Shown: positions 10,970 to 24,145 of the stretch, in pieces
How positions within the stretch are numbered: the first letter of the stretch is position 1
How the letters are laid out: the number at the start of each line of letters is the position of its first letter
Assembly: GCF_004010195.1 (NCBI RefSeq)
Contig: NC_057752.1
Coordinates: 2,455,334-2,505,353, forward strand
From: Chiloscyllium plagiosum
Lineage: Eukaryota
DNA: 50,020 nucleotides
Reading direction: 5' to 3'
Program-made: the position numbers and the translations under genes
Notes under the pieces: model-generated
Databases searched by the model: none
The model's input: only the letters and a program-made list of their open reading frames with translations
Told to the model about the DNA's origin: nothing

Positions 10970-12439
10970 TCAGAGTCAGATGTTACAGTTTTGACTTCTG
11001 GACATTGTGAGGTGCTGTACAGCCACTGAACTGTAGTTACTGTTACATTGTAGAAAACACTGTGGTTTGGTTTGGTATCGAAGCATACTTGTGTTCAATA
11101 ATGACTTCATCTGACTTGGCTCAATTAACTGTTCATATTTTCTCTGTTATTTTTAATTTGCTTTGTGCCGTGTTTAAGTTTTCCCTGAAGACCAAAATTG
11201 CGGCTGTCTGATTCTTTACTAAATTGCAGTTGAGGGAATATTTGCATGTGAAAACGAAGTGGGAAATGTGGTTGGGTTTGCAGTGTGAACTTCAATAGAT
11301 GACTTACCTTCCCCAATAGCTTGGGACAAAGGCCTCCCTTTAATGCTGGAGGGATTTCAAGACAAACACCTCGAAGCGGTCAGTCATACAGAACTTGAAC
11401 TTTGCTGATGCCTTTCATCCTGTGACCCCATCAGGATCTATGCAAGAATGTCAAATTTCAAATGGTCACGACAATTTTAATGACAGGAGGACAGTATGCT
11501 GACTGGTTGGCAAATAGATTCTGATTGTTGACAGGGGGGGGGGGGGGAGAGGGTTGCCATGGAGAAAGCAATGGGGGAAGGGATCTATGAGCTCCCCAAA
11601 CTCCTCAGTAATTCAAAAAGAACACAGGGCCTGGACATATTTCTTTTGTTTCCAGAGACGATGTTGCTTCTAGTGAGCATAATTGATCCAGATTTGGAGC
11701 TTGGCTGGTCATCTTAAATGAATTCCATGAATATGGGTGAGAAGGGGAGTTGGGATTGGACAGGACCAGAGGTAGGGAGATGTGACTAAAGCAACCAATT
11801 CCACCTCATTGACCTTTTTGGTTAATAGGTACAAGTGCAAGAGCCACTTGAGGACAAAGATCCCAAACATATACCACCATACCCGAAACAATTTCTGGGA
11901 AAAGACAAATGAGGGAGAACTGAATGAATATGGACATAAATGACTCCCAAAGGCAGTAAATGTTCATTGAGGCTTGACTGGGAGCTGCTTGGTCTCACTT
12001 CAAACTTGTCAAAAGGTTCTGCGGCAAACATTCCGACCAGGCCAGTGTCACTGATCCAGAGGGAAGCCAAGCTGTGTTCTCGGATTCTGAAGTGAGGGTC
12101 ATGGTAAGAAATGGCAGGCACGCTAAGAAACTGGCCGTTCTTGTGTGCTGACACGCAGCAGGCTCACTGCCAACAATCTCAACGCCTGCGTTCCCGAATT
12201 GCTATCTCACACGACTCGTGACCTGCAGTCGTGAATCATTTAAAACTGGCTCCTCTGATATAAATTAAGCATTCTGCTTTGGAACAGATTACTTATTGGA
12301 TTCTTTCTTTGCCCTTGCCCGTGGGCGGAGGGTTACATTCGGCTCCTGTTAACAGTTTGCACCTATTGCAGATACATGTGTGTGTATAAATTGTGTTTAA
12401 GATACACAAAACAGTCAATTCCATGGAGGCCATCTCTGC

Positions 12440-12710
12440 TCTCCCTTCCCAGCCTCTTGCAGCTCCCTGGTTTTAATCCCATCACCATTGATAGCCATGC
12501 CTTCAGCTGCCTCGAGCCCTAATCTCTGCAATTCATCCCCTCTACCTCTCAGCCTTGAAGGCGTCCTTCAAACTTATTGCCTCGACCAAGCTGTTGGTCC
12601 CCTCGCCCCGTATCTCCTCATGTGGCTCACTGTCAAACTTTGCATGATAATCTTTCCTGTGAGATACCTTGGGACATTTTACTGTGTTCAAGGTGCTTTA
12701 TACGTCGGTG
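12440..12710 (+). mobile_element. Old L2-like LINE 3' fragment
   Basis: ccattgatagccatgccttcagctgcctcgagccctaatctctg...; similar to 37330-37480. Confidence 0.55.
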
Positions 12711-13479
12711 CTGTTCCGATTATGTTGAAGGCTTTGATATAAATGTCTTGATTACTGCTGCTAGCCTTGAATGGCACATTTCACAGGCTGGTGGATGCGT
12801 TTAAAGCAGATTAATGGGTCAAATCAGTCATTCCATTCTAGACCACCCATGAGGCTGATTGCATTACCTGGGTTTGTGTGTGGGGCGGGGGGGAGCGCGG
12901 GTAAATACTTTGTGGCTGTCTAACTATTGTTAACCTGTTCCATGCCATTTATTCTAAAGGATTTAGGCTTTATCTTGGGTGTTATTGCATGAAAATGTGG
13001 AAGTATAAGATTAAGCTGAGGAATTTGTATAGATGGATAGCCATTGAAGACATTTCTTTGTTTATTTGACATTCTGAGGGGATTTGTAAGATTAATGGCT
13101 GATGTATTGTTTGGACTGACTGTTGTTCGTTTACCTGTTAAATCTTTAATAGGTTTGCCTGTCCGATTCTACCAAAGGTGCGATTGTAGGGTGGAAGGTG
13201 ATAAAGTTTGTGAAGAGTGCACCGTCTTCCTTCAATATTGGAGACACTGATTTTCTCAGGGACTGGGATGTCCCATTACAAGAAGGGTCAGTGATCTGGA
13301 ACAGAGGGTAAAGACGTGTGGAAAACCAGCCAGCTTTAAAAAGAGGAACCTTTTAATTATGCTGTGCAAATATTTCACAGTCAGGCACTTTGCAAGTTTG
13401 TACAAAATCCTTCGCCACCACCTCCCCCTCTGTTCACTGTTTTACAAGAAGTGTTAACGCTAAATATCTTTGACAAAGT

Positions 13480-14060
13480 TAACAATCACATGACAAAGTT
13501 AACAATCACATGACACTAGGTTACAGTCCAACAGTTAAAAATCACACAACACCAGGTTATAGTCCAACAGGTTTATTTGGAAGCACTAGCTTTCAGAGCG
13601 CTGCTCCTTCATCAGGTGGTTGTGGAGGACACAATTGTAAGGCACAGAATTTATAGCAAAAGTTTACACGCACTGTAAACTTTTGCTATAAATTCTGTGT
13701 CTTACAATCTTATACTCCACAACCACCTGATGAAGGAGCAGCGCTTCGAAAGCTAGCGCTTCCAGTTAAACCTGTTAGACTATAACCTGGTGCTGTGAGA
13801 TTTTTAACTTTGTGGACCCCAGTCCAACACCTGCAACTCCAAATCATGACAGTCCAACGGGTTTATTTGGAAGCACTAGCTTTCAGAGCGCTGCTCCTTC
13901 ATCAGGTGGTTGTATTCAAAGTTTGTGCGAAGATTTGTAGCTCGGGTGCTCGTTGTTGTGGTTCTGTTCGCCGAGCTGGAAGTTTCGTCGCCTAACCAGG
14001 GGACGAAACATTTGCAACAAAAACTTCCAGCTCGGTGAACAGAACCACAACAGGTGGTTG
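13480..14060. mobile_element. Nested cluster of three PLE-derived elements
   Basis: Outer TSD tatctttgacaaagt (13465-13479 / 14061-14075). Inner TSDs acagtccaac (13523-13532 / 13849-13858) and caggtggttgtat (13903-13915 / 14051-14063). Confidence 0.9.
13724..13758 (+). ncRNA. Minimal hammerhead ribozyme motif (PLE type); antisense copies at about 13583-13618 and 13873-13908
   Basis: cac CTGATGA a ggagc agc gcttc GAAA gcta gcg: catalytic core, helix II and the palindromic AGCT helix III. Confidence 0.7.
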
Positions 14061-14369
14061 TATCTTTGACAAAGTAGCAAACAAATTTCAAAGGAGCACA
14101 TTAGGATTTCTTACACGAGTAATTGCATCAATACTGACCCATTTCCCAGTTTTTATAGAGGCAGGATAATCCTGCTATAGGAGAAGCTGTGACTGCAAGC
14201 AAAATTGTTACAACTCCCATTGCCTTTAGGTTATTCAAAAAAAAGTCTTGAGCCATTCGTGAAGCAAAGATTCATGAGGACATCAAGCCAAGCCAGGGGG
14301 AGTGCTCTAAAGTGAATGAGGGATTATTCCAAAAAAGTTGTTGGAGAAGGGGATGCAGAGCTCATAACA

Positions 14370-14940
14370 TAAGAAGCAGGAGAGTGATTACAGTCTTAAA
14401 TATACTCAGTGAGTGAACATCCACTGCTCCCTGGGGATGGGGGAGGGGACTGGAGAAGTCCAAGGATGAAAGGGACGAATGCTCTCTTTATCTCGTGCCG
14501 AATTGGCCAAACCCTTATCCTGAGATTATTCTCCCTTGTTCCAGCCTCTCCAGCCGAAAGGAAGCAATCTCTCAGTATCTAACTTCTCAAGTCCCCCGCA
14601 AGAACTTAATACTTTCCACTGAGCTCTTGTCTTAACCTTGTAAATTCCAGACTGTATAGGGGATGTTCTACTCAATCTCCTTTAATCGGACAACCTAGGA
14701 ATCAACCCAGTCAAAGTCTCTCAAAGGCAAGTGTATTTTCCCTTGGGTACAGAGACCAAAACTTAACACAGCACTGCAGTTTGCTCTGAAGCTATATTTA
14801 ATTGCCAGAAGATTTTATCTCTGTTCTCATACTTCGCAATAAGGGCCAGTGCACAATTTTCCCTCCTAATTCCTTGCTGTACCTGCATGCTACATTTCTC
14901 TCATCCGTGTGGAAAAAAAACCAAATCCTTCTCCCCTTGA
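14370..14940 (-). mobile_element. Old CR1 LINE fragment
   Basis: aacataagaagcaggag... tail and gaccaaaacttaacacagcactgcag (reverse complement of LEYCVQFW-like). Confidence 0.65.
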
Positions 14941-15204
14941 AATAATCTGGAAAGATATTTGTCACCAATCTGCTCTGAGGTAATGAGGTGAAGCTTCATT
15001 TTAGTTGATGTTTGACAAATAGTGTAGCTGCAGGAAGGTTGTGTGAAGTCATTTTAATGATCAGAACACTGGCTGTAACCCTGTCGAGAGTCAAAGGATA
15101 TAAATTGGATCAAGGAGTGAGCATTACACTGAATATTACAGACGGGTCCGTTTCACTTCAGTTGTGGGCAAATCGTTGAAATTAATTTTGAGGGGGGGAA
15201 TTAG

Positions 15205-15362
15205 CTTTAGAATTAGGTTTATTGTCACATGTTATTCACATGAGTACAGTGAAAAGCTTACAAGCTGCCACTTATGGCACCATCTTAGGTACAAAGGTAC
15301 CTAGATACAGATTCTTAAGTACAAATTCTTGGGGAAAAACATTACGAAAACAAAGAAATTTA
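15205..15362 (-). mobile_element. Probable non-LTR retrotransposon 3' end next to the gap
   Basis: tttattgtcacatg..tacagtgaaaag: minus-strand AATAAA near the terminus. The pattern resembles Rex/RTE-like tails. Confidence 0.4.
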
Positions 15363-15904
15363 NNNNNNNNNNNNNNNNNNNNNNNNNNNNNNNNNNNNNN
15401 NNNNNNNNNNNNNNNNNNNNNNNNNNNNNNNNNNNNNNNNNNNNNNNNNNNNNNNNNNNNNNNNNNNNNNNNNNNNNNNNNNNNNNNNNNNNNNNNNNNN
15501 NNNNNNNNNNNNNNNNNNNNNNNNNNNNNNNNNNNNNNNNNNNNNNNNNNNNNNNNNNNNNNNNNNNNNNNNNNNNNNNNNNNNNNNNNNNNNNNNNNNN
15601 NNNNNNNNNNNNNNNNNNNNNNNNNNNNNNNNNNNNNNNNNNNNNNNNNNNNNNNNNNNNNNNNNNNNNNNNNNNNNNNNNNNNNNNNNNNNNNNNNNNN
15701 NNNNNNNNNNNNNNNNNNNNNNNNNNNNNNNNNNNNNNNNNNNNNNNNNNNNNNNNNNNNNNNNNNNNNNNNNNNNNNNNNNNNNNNNNNNNNNNNNNNN
15801 NNNNNNNNNNNNNNNNNNNNNNNNNNNNNNNNNNNNNNNNNNNNNNNNNNNNNNNNNNNNNNCTGGGAGATATTTTCTGACTTGGCCAACGGCAAGAGGA
15901 ATCG

Positions 15905-16060
15905 TTGGAACAAGCTTTCGGAGCGCTGCCAAGGGCTTCACCCGATGAAAGAGCAGCACTCTGAAAGCTTGTGATTTCAAATGAACCTGTCGGACTATAA
16001 CCTGGTGGCATGTGACTTCTGATTTTGTCCACCCCAGTCCAACACCGGTACCTCCACACA
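15905..16060 (+). mobile_element. PLE-derived element, same family as 13533-13848; hammerhead core mutated (CCGATGA)
   Basis: cacccgatgaaagagcagcactctgaaagcttgtg...ggactataacctggtg..ccccagtccaacacc. Confidence 0.8.
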
Positions 16061-16184
16061 ATGTCTAGTTATACATTGGTGAAGTCTTCCTGCCACAGTC
16101 AAGTATAACTCAATTATACAATGACTAGTCCAATTTAGCAATCAGATCACACTATATTCACCTATATTTGGTCATTACCATCGC

Positions 16185-16402
16185 CGGGTAGTTCTTCTAT
16201 AGCGTGATGGTTGTGTTCTTGTGCAACCATATGTTATAGAAAAATCGCACTTTAGACACAGCACTCAAAGTGTTGGCAGTATCATCGCGTTACAACCAAC
16301 ACACGTTTTAAAAGTTTGCCCTTGAGTAACAGTGCCCCCAATTTGTCAACTGCGTTACAACAAAATCGTGTTAACGAAACAGGCGTTATAGCAGAATTCT
16401 CA
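16185..16402. mobile_element. Tigger/pogo-like MITE remnant
   Basis: Imperfect TIRs gtagttcttctatagcg / cgttatagcagaattc, with internal repeats of the cgttata/cgttaca motif. Confidence 0.6.
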
Positions 16403-17038
16403 ACAGCTTGTCTTTAATAGTTCATTTTCTGGGCACTCCTCAGTTCTGCTAACTGGCCTCACAGGCTCTACTTTCTTCATATTCAGAACGAGTCTGATTC
16501 CTACATGTTCCCTGTTTATGTTCTGGGAGGGCACTGAGGCCTGAATACAAGGTCATACCTATCTCCCCAGCTTCCGCCAGGAAACAGGATGCTCTGAGGC
16601 TACAGTGGAAACTCAGGCACAATGTTGCGATGTTCAGAGACCGACACAAGCAAACACGGCTGCAGGAAGTTCAACAAACTAGGCCCGTAACCTCCAGCAG
16701 CAACCAGTGGCTGGTTTAATCTCAGACTGTAATGTTTCAAAAGATTAGCAGAAAGCATCACATTTTTGGAATGTTGCTTCCAATTTGCCTGAAGAAAATT
16801 GCGACCTACTTGGCAGTGAGTATAAGCTTGGGACATGGACTGTGAACTCCCTTCCTTCAATCTGAGAGGCCTCTGCTGCATCTCTTATATGTTTTGATGC
16901 ACTTATGCAGACAGGATGTTTTGATCTTTGCCCATTGGTCTGAGTTCTGTAAACGTTCTGGGCCCATAAAGACCTGCTAGGAGGTGAACCTTACTAGGCC
17001 TTGAGGATACAGATGATTGAGGCCAAAGCCTTACAATG

Positions 17039-17262
17039 GGGTAAGTGAGGACTGCAGGTGCTGGAGGTCAGAGTCAAGAGTTTTGTGCTGGAAAAGCACA
17101 GCAGGTCAGGCAGCATCTGAGGAGCAGGAGAGTCGATGTTTCGGGCAGAAGCCCTTCATCAGGAATGAGGGCCAGATGCAGGGCCTCTGCCCGAAACGTC
17201 GATTCCCCTGCTCCTCGGATGCTGCCTGACCTGCTGGACTTTTCCAGCACTCCACTCACGAC
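17039..17262 (-). mobile_element. PLE-derived fold-back element with 16-bp TSD
   Basis: TSD ccaaag(c/t)cttacaatg at 17023-17038 and 17263-17278. Each inverted arm carries gggc-loop-gccc-gaaac. Confidence 0.88.
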
Positions 17263-17380
17263 CCAAAGTCTTACAATGTCAAGTTCTACATGCTTATACA
17301 TGAGGTAGAGGCTGGAGTAGGCAGTTGGAAGTTTTACACAAGAAGAGTTTCATTTCTTTGTGCGTCCTACATTAGGGTTT

Positions 17381-17727
17381 ATAGAATCCCTACAGTGCGG
17401 AAGCAGGCCGTTCAGCCCATCAAGTCCTCACTAACCCTCCAAAGAGCATCCTACCTAGACCCACCCCATCCATGTAATCCTACATTTCCTGTGGCTAATC
17501 TATTTAACCTATGTATCCCTGGACACTATAGGCAATTTAGCTTGGCCAATCCACCTAACCTGCACATCTTTGGACTGTGGGAGGAAATTGGAGCACCCAA
17601 AGGAAACCCACGCAGATAAGGGGAGAGCATGCAAACTCTACACAGACAGCCACCCAAGGATGGAATTGAACCTGGGTCCCTGGTGCTGTGAGGCAGCAGT
17701 GCTAACTACTGAACCACCGTGCCACCC
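17381..17727 (-). mobile_element. HE1-type SINE, full length
   Basis: Head and tail as in the other copies. Confidence 0.92.
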
Positions 17728-18439
17728 CCATAAGGTTTATGAGGAACTCTGAGGTTTATACATTGGGATTTTAGTAAATGGGAGAACATTATTTTGTTTC
17801 TAGGGTGGGTATCTTTTTTTCTGAGTGTGGAAGGGCTCAAATTTTTTAAGGGGCACTGGATTTTTCTTTGATGGGATGTCTGGATGAATGTGGGGTTCGG
17901 TTTCTCCATCGAAGCATAACAGTATAGCTTAGAAGGCTACTTGACCCATTGACTTTGTGCCACCTCTTTCAAAGAGAGAGTGCATCTACAGCAGATGGCC
18001 TGCAGTGATTCCTGAAAGCAGTTCACCATCATCTTCTCTGGGGCAATTAGGGATGAGCAATCAATGCTGGGCCCAGCCAGTGACGCCTGCATCCCATGAA
18101 TGATTTTTATAGACAAAAGCCATAAGCTGCTCTCTTGAAGAGAGAGAGACCCCTACTGATGAGTTTAATCTGAGGGTGACCAGAGGGTGACTTTTTTTTG
18201 CGTGTGGGTTGTTTTTTTTAATCTTTGTGGATAGTCCTGGCTGCTGTGGTGGAATTTCTCATGGTGCTGTCAAATTGTGGGCAGTCAAAGTGTGAGCAGG
18301 GTTTCAGAGCATGTTGTTGTATGTGGATTGACTTGAATCCTGCACTGTGAGATGGAAGCTCTCAATAACAGGTTCCAAATATTTTGTTTCAGCTTCATCG
18401 CTGCTGACCATCAAGCAGGCAGGAAACATCCTCAATGTG

Positions 18440-18715
18440 AGAGATGAAACGTTTAAGGGGGATACATGTGGAAAGTACTTTACACAGAGGGTGGTAGGTG
18501 CCTGGAATGCGTTGCCAGCAGATGTACTAGAAGCAGGCAAGGTAGATTCATTTAAGGTGTGTCTGGACAGATGCATGAGTAGGTGGGGAGCAGAGGGATA
18601 CAGATGCTTAGGAATTGGGCAACAGCTTTAGACAGTGGATTTGGATCGGCTCAGGGTTGGAGAGCTGAAGGGCCTTTTTCTGGGCGGTAAATTTTCTTTG
18701 CTCTTTGTTCTTTAG
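18440..18715 (+). mobile_element. CR1 3' end
   Basis: YFTQRVVGAWNALP..SFKVCLDRCM; tail ctttgttct. Confidence 0.85.
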
Positions 18716-18929
18716 CTGTGAAATGTGAAGTGAGCCTTCTTCGCTTGTTGGTCAGACCTTGCAGTTCTAAAATGGCTGCTGCCTTTGCCGACTTCACAGT
18801 CAAACAGCACTTCAGGATACGTTATCATGTGGAAAGAGGAAGCTTTGAGATTTTTTTAAAATATTCCAAATTTTTCACAGTCACAGGTAATCAGTGCATT
18901 GTGTTGTGTCAGCTATGACTCTGTTGATA

Positions 18930-19330
18930 ATATTTCGCCTCTGAATCAGTAAAGATGAGCTAATGTTCCAGTCTAAGGCCCCAGCACAGTACATTCAGTC
19001 TTTCAGATCAGATACTAAAATGAAACCCCTGTTGACTGTAAAAGGCCCCAGGACCCTCCTGCAAAAATGAACAGAGGCCTGGCCAATGCTTATCCCTCAA
19101 TTGATAGAACATAGAACATTACAGCGCAGTACAGGCCCTTCGGCCCTCGATGTTGCACCAACCTGTGAAACCAACCTACACTATTCCATGATGTTGCAGA
19201 TTATCTTGCTGTGAGGGGTTACTGTTTGAGGGATCTTGCAGTGCGCAAGATACCATATGCCTGCACTCCCAAACTAATGCAGCAAGTGTGGAGCACTTTG
19301 AGGTGTACTGTGGTTCTGAAGGGATTTATT
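18930..19330 (+). mobile_element. Degraded Deu-domain-like SINE, with a CR1 3' tip inserted at about 19105-19190
   Basis: cctggccaatgcttatccctcaa...gattatct..gatcttgcagtgcgcaa resembles the DeuSINE central domain as I recall it. A similar segment lies at 48130-48370. Confidence 0.5.
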
Positions 19331-19569
19331 CTTCCCCGACACTCGAGGTGTTGCCCACAGGCTGTCAGTTTGCTGCTAATAGCGAGGAGATACTGCTCTG
19401 CTCCACACGTTGGTCTGGGCGGCGGTTCAGGCCATCATCTGCTTTCTCTGGATTCTGCACATAAGGAGGTGCCCAGCAAGTGAGTGCCATGTGCCCCACA
19501 GCCTGCACCAAGTAACCAGCTTTGCCAATCACCTGATTGAAACTAAGAGACTGCTTTGGAAAGTTCATC

Positions 19570-19877
19570 AAGAAGGACCTTCCAAACCCACGGCCACTTC
19601 CATCTAGAAGGACAGCAGATACATGGGAACACCATCCCATGCAAATTCCCCTCCAAGCCACTCACCATCCTGACTGGTAAATATATTGCTGTTCTTTCAG
19701 TGTCGTTGGGTCAAAATCCTGGAATCCCCTCCCTAAGGGCATTGTGAGTCAACCTACAGCACAAGGACTGCAGTGGTTCAAGGAGGCAGTTCACACCCCA
19801 CCTTCTCAAGGGGCGACTAGGGACGGGGCAATAAATGGTGGCTCAGCCAGTGACGCCCACATCCCCTGAGTGAATAA
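19570..19877 (+). mobile_element. L2/CR1-group LINE 3' end (family of 6870-7690)
   Basis: ccttccaaaccc..gcagatacatgggaacacc..caataaatggtggctcagccagtgacgcccacatccc. Confidence 0.85.
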
Positions 19878-20694
19878 GTCAGCTTAAAGTAACGTTAGCT
19901 TTTGACAAGGTGATACAGAGGCTCTGTGTTTGAGAGTAAGTTTTTTTTTGTCTACGATAATAGTTCATTTTGATTCATAATTTCATTCAAATGTGGAACT
20001 AAGGGACTGTTCTTACTTGTGCGGTAGGATGGTCACCCTCAGGCACCTTCTAATGACCCTTCACTGCCTGATAATTGATTTTGCCCTTCCCTTGCCCTCC
20101 ATGAAAATAGCTGTGTGTTGGCACAGAGAACTGGCACAACACCGAGCATCGGGAAGGCCCATCCCTGCCCAGATGGAGGCACCAAATGCCAGCCCCAGGC
20201 ACTGTACCCACAGCCTGATAGCCAGACAGCAGCAGGATGCACAGGGCACGGTGAAGGTTGGCACTGACCTGAATCTCCGGTGGACTCAACTCTGTGTCGA
20301 TGTGAATCTCCCAGCTCCCTCTGATGGAGGGAAGGGGACCAGGCCAGAGAAGCCATTGTGGGAGCAGCTGGAGGCTGTAACAGTGAGACAGAGGGCTCAG
20401 TGTTCCAGAAGGATATTGTCAAAATGCACCAAAAATTTGTCTTCATCCCAAAACAATGTTCAGCTCGATTCCCTAGTCAGCCATGGAGCGCTGGTTTCTA
20501 ACTGTTCCCATTCCCTCAGGGAAACAGTGTTTATAAAACTGCACATTAATCAGCAACAAAGGAATTTATTGGGTTTTCAAAACAGGAGGTGTGAAGATTA
20601 AAGGGGTTTAATTGATTAAACTGAGTTCAAGGAAAAGGAACTCACTAAATCCACAAACCCAGTACCTTTTACTCCATTTTTCACTCCACCATGT

Positions 20695-21260
20695 TACAGA
20701 GTCATAGAGTTATATACCACAGAAACAGACCCTTCAGTCCAATTTCTCCATGCCAAACAGCTATCCTAACCTAATCTAATCCCACTTGCCAGCATTTGGC
20801 CCATATCCCTCTCAATGCTTCCTATTCATATACCCATCCGGATGCCTTTTCAATGCTGTAATTGTACCAGCCTCCACCACTTCCTCTGACAGCTCATTCC
20901 ATACACATACCACCCTCTGTGTGAAAAAGTTGTCTCTTAGGTCTCTTTTTATATCTTTCCCCTCTCACCCTAAACCTATGCCCTCTAGTTCTGGACTCCC
21001 CCAACCCAGGGAAAAGACTTTGTCTATTTACCCTATCCATGCCCGTCATGATTTTATAAACATATATAAGGTCACCCCTCAGCCTCCGACGCTCCAGGGA
21101 AAACAGCCCCAGCCTGTTCAGCCTCTCCCTATAGCTTAAGTCCTCTAACCCTGGCAACATCCTTGTAAATCTTTTCTGAACCATTTCAAGCTTCACAACA
21201 TCTTTTGTATCACAGAGAGACCAGAACTGAGCACAGTCTTCCAAAAGTGGTCTCACCAAT
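20695..21260 (-). mobile_element. HER1/CR1 LINE 3' fragment
   Basis: VRPLLEDCAQFWS..KRFTRMLPGL..LGLFSLERRRLRGDLI. Confidence 0.92.
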
Positions 21261-21674
21261 TCTCTGGTTGCACCTTCTTACTCTTCTATTGCCCACATGT
21301 GAGAATTAGTCTTTGAATTGTTGTTTAGTCCCAGTATGAAAGACATTGGGAAAGTGGAGCTGATCTTACTGAAGGGCAAAGCAGGCTCGAAGGGCTCTAT
21401 GGCCCACACCAGTGGTTCATGTTGTTATCGAGGCAGTGATATCAGTGACAAAGAGTGGAAGCCACTCCAGGCCTGCTCTGGAACATCTCCTGAGCAAGCA
21501 GCAAGTGAAGCGATCGTGACCACAGGCAAAATGTCCAGATTGTGTTCTCAACTGGGGATTGAACCTGAAGGAGTCAAAAAGTTGACATAACAACAAAACA
21601 CACTTCAACTTGAAAGGTTTTACAAACTGTGAGTGAGACAGTGTTGAACTACAAGTTGGTGGAGTGGGTGGAGA

Positions 21675-21880
21675 GTCATAGAGATGTCCAGCACGATACA
21701 GACCCTTCAGTCCAACTCGTCCATGCCAACCACATATCCTAACCTAATCTAGTCCCATTGGCCAGCGCTTGGCCCATGTCCCTCTAAACCCTTCCTATTT
21801 ATATACCCATCCAGATGCCTTTTAAATGTTGTAATTGTACCATTTCCTCTGGCAGCTTATTCCATACACGCACCACCTTC
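21675..21880 (-). mobile_element. HER1/CR1 3' tip
   Basis: Highly similar to 20695-20900. Confidence 0.85.
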
Positions 21881-22676
21881 TGCAGATGAGGTTCAATGCA
21901 ATGAAGTGTGAGGTGATGCACTTTAGTTGGAAGAACATTGAAAGACAATCTAAAATCAGGGGGACAATTCTAAAGGAGGTGCAGGAGCAGAGGGAGCTGG
22001 GTGTATCTGTGCACAGATCATCGAAGGTGGCAGAACAGGTGGAGAGAGCAGTTAATAAAGCACACAGTGTCCTCAGCTTTATTAATAGGGACATAGAGAA
22101 CAAGAGCAGGGAGGTGATGTTGAACTTGTACAAGACCCTTGTTAGACCTCAGCTGGAGGGTTGTGTCCAGTTGTGGGCCCCACACTATAGGAAAGATGTG
22201 AAAACATTGGAGAGAGAGGGCAGGAGGGATTTACCAGAATGGTTCCAGAGATGAGAAACTTCAGTGAGGAGGATAGATTGAAGAGGTTGGGACTGTTCTC
22301 CTTGGGGAGAAGGAGGCTGAGAGGGAGATCTGAGAGAGGGTTCCAACATCATGGGGGGAGGGGGCTGGACAGAGTAGATCGGGACAAGCTGTTCCCACAT
22401 GGAAAAGGGACAGGAACGAGAGGGGCAGAGATTGAAACGGATGAAATGAGGAGGAGGTGAGGAAAACCTTTCTCCCCCAGCGAGTAGTTAGGGTCTGGAA
22501 TGCACTGCCTGCGAATGTCGGGGAGGCAGGTTCCATTGAGGCATTCAAGAGGGGCATTGGATGGTTATTGGGATAGAAATGGGTGTAAGGGAATGGGGAA
22601 AATATTGACACAAGGGTATAGAATCAGGACAGGCACAATGGGCAGAATGGCCTCTTTCTACACCGTAACAATTCAG
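21881..22676 (+). mobile_element. CR1 LINE 3' fragment
   Basis: QMRFNAMKCEVMHF..RELGV..LYKTLVRPQLEGCVQLWAPHYRKDV..LGLFSLGRRRLRG. Confidence 0.92.
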
Positions 22677-24145
22677 TGACTCTGTGCCAGGGCATTGACC
22701 TGGGAGTGAGCTTGACTCTGTTTGAAAGAGAGACTTGCAATTTCAGAGCTGCTTTCCTTATTGCTCAAGAATGTCTGAAAAGGGCCTTGCAAAGTAATCT
22801 GTCGTGGGTGCTGCCTGGTCTGCAGGCCAAGATGGCTGCTGCATTGTGCACAGCAGCATGTTGCAGACTGCAGTGAAGAACAGTGGATCTGCCTGTTTTT
22901 AGTTGGCTGGTGGGGGCCGGGGGACAGCCCTGGAGACCGAGACATGATTCCATTTTAATTTCTGAAGCAGCAGAACAGACAGAGGGGCATTCTTTTAATG
23001 CCCCAGAGTTCCCACAGAACAGTACATTCTCAACTCCCGCCTTTCCGATATCGGCCTGAGTCACAGTCTCCCTTCCAATGGGAACTAGGTTCATGTCAAA
23101 CCTTCCCAGTCAGTTGAACTAACCCCTCTAAAATGATGAAAAGCCATTTCTAACTCATTGTGCACTCAGTCCTGTAAATCTGACACAAGTGAAAACTTAT
23201 TATTAAAGCAGAGTGAAAAAAACTTGCCAACACTGGGACATGTACCTTTCAAGCATTAATCAATATGCTGCTGTTCTTTCTCTGCATTTGGGTGGAAAAT
23301 ACAAGCTATCATCGACTCAGCGCTGATGGAGGCCACTTGTTCCATCGTGCCTCCACTGGGTTTTTCAAAAAGCTGTCGAATCGGTCCCCTCCATCACCCA
23401 GACTCTTTACCCTTGCCAACTCTTTTTGTTTCAATCGTGTTTCTGTTCAATTTCCTTTTTGAACTTGCTGAACTTTTATATAATGGAGTGGATAATTAAA
23501 ATGCACATTGGGCTTGTATAACCATTCCTCAAGTTTGACATAAACCCAAGCCAAGCTCATGAATAAGTTGCTGTTGACTGTGAAGGAAACACAGTTTCAT
23601 TTCAGTGTGAGACTGTGACAAATTTCGGAAGAATTTGCTCTTTCAGCTCCAAGGGAAAGGTTGGGCTACGCAGCGGATCTCACAGTGATTTCTGTCAACT
23701 GTGGATTACAGGGACCATATCATCTTGCAAAAAGAAAATCTCCCAAGCTGAATGCTGCATGGCCCCACGTTTGAATTCACAGCATTTTTGCTCTCCGCTG
23801 TCATCGGGAAGTGTTGAAAGAGGCATGGATGCCGCATTCACGGTTCGACCATTTTTAGGGTGCCCTGCTGGAGTTTATGCAGAACAATGATAACTGAATA
23901 TCGGCACTCAGTGCCCACTCTCATATCAGACTTTTTTTTTTAAAAGCGCCACCTCACTCCAGCCTTCTGTCTGATTTGCACACAAACTCAATGGCATCCT
24001 GCAAAACAAACCTTTCCATCATCTTTAATTTGAAAGGGAAGAAATGAATTGCACAAGTCTGTTTGGATAAAAAAGCTCCTAGTGCATCCTGGGACTTGTT
24101 AATCAAGTTAATGTAGGTTTGTCCTCCTCGCAGTAAGGTACAGAT

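Noticed and set aside
11826..11945. Exon-like segment after ttaatag
   Set aside because: Short frames ending in stops, no recognisable protein and weak splice signals.
15222..16061. Long ORFs spanning the N gap (likewise 8020-8877)
   Set aside because: Their length is an artefact of the N runs.
19993..20601. 202-aa ORF
   Set aside because: Non-ATG start, no recognisable domain, low-information composition and no clear exon boundaries; likely chance.
21675..22676. Head-to-head CR1 pieces as a single twin-primed inversion
   Set aside because: Each piece has its own, different 3' tail, so they are independent insertions.
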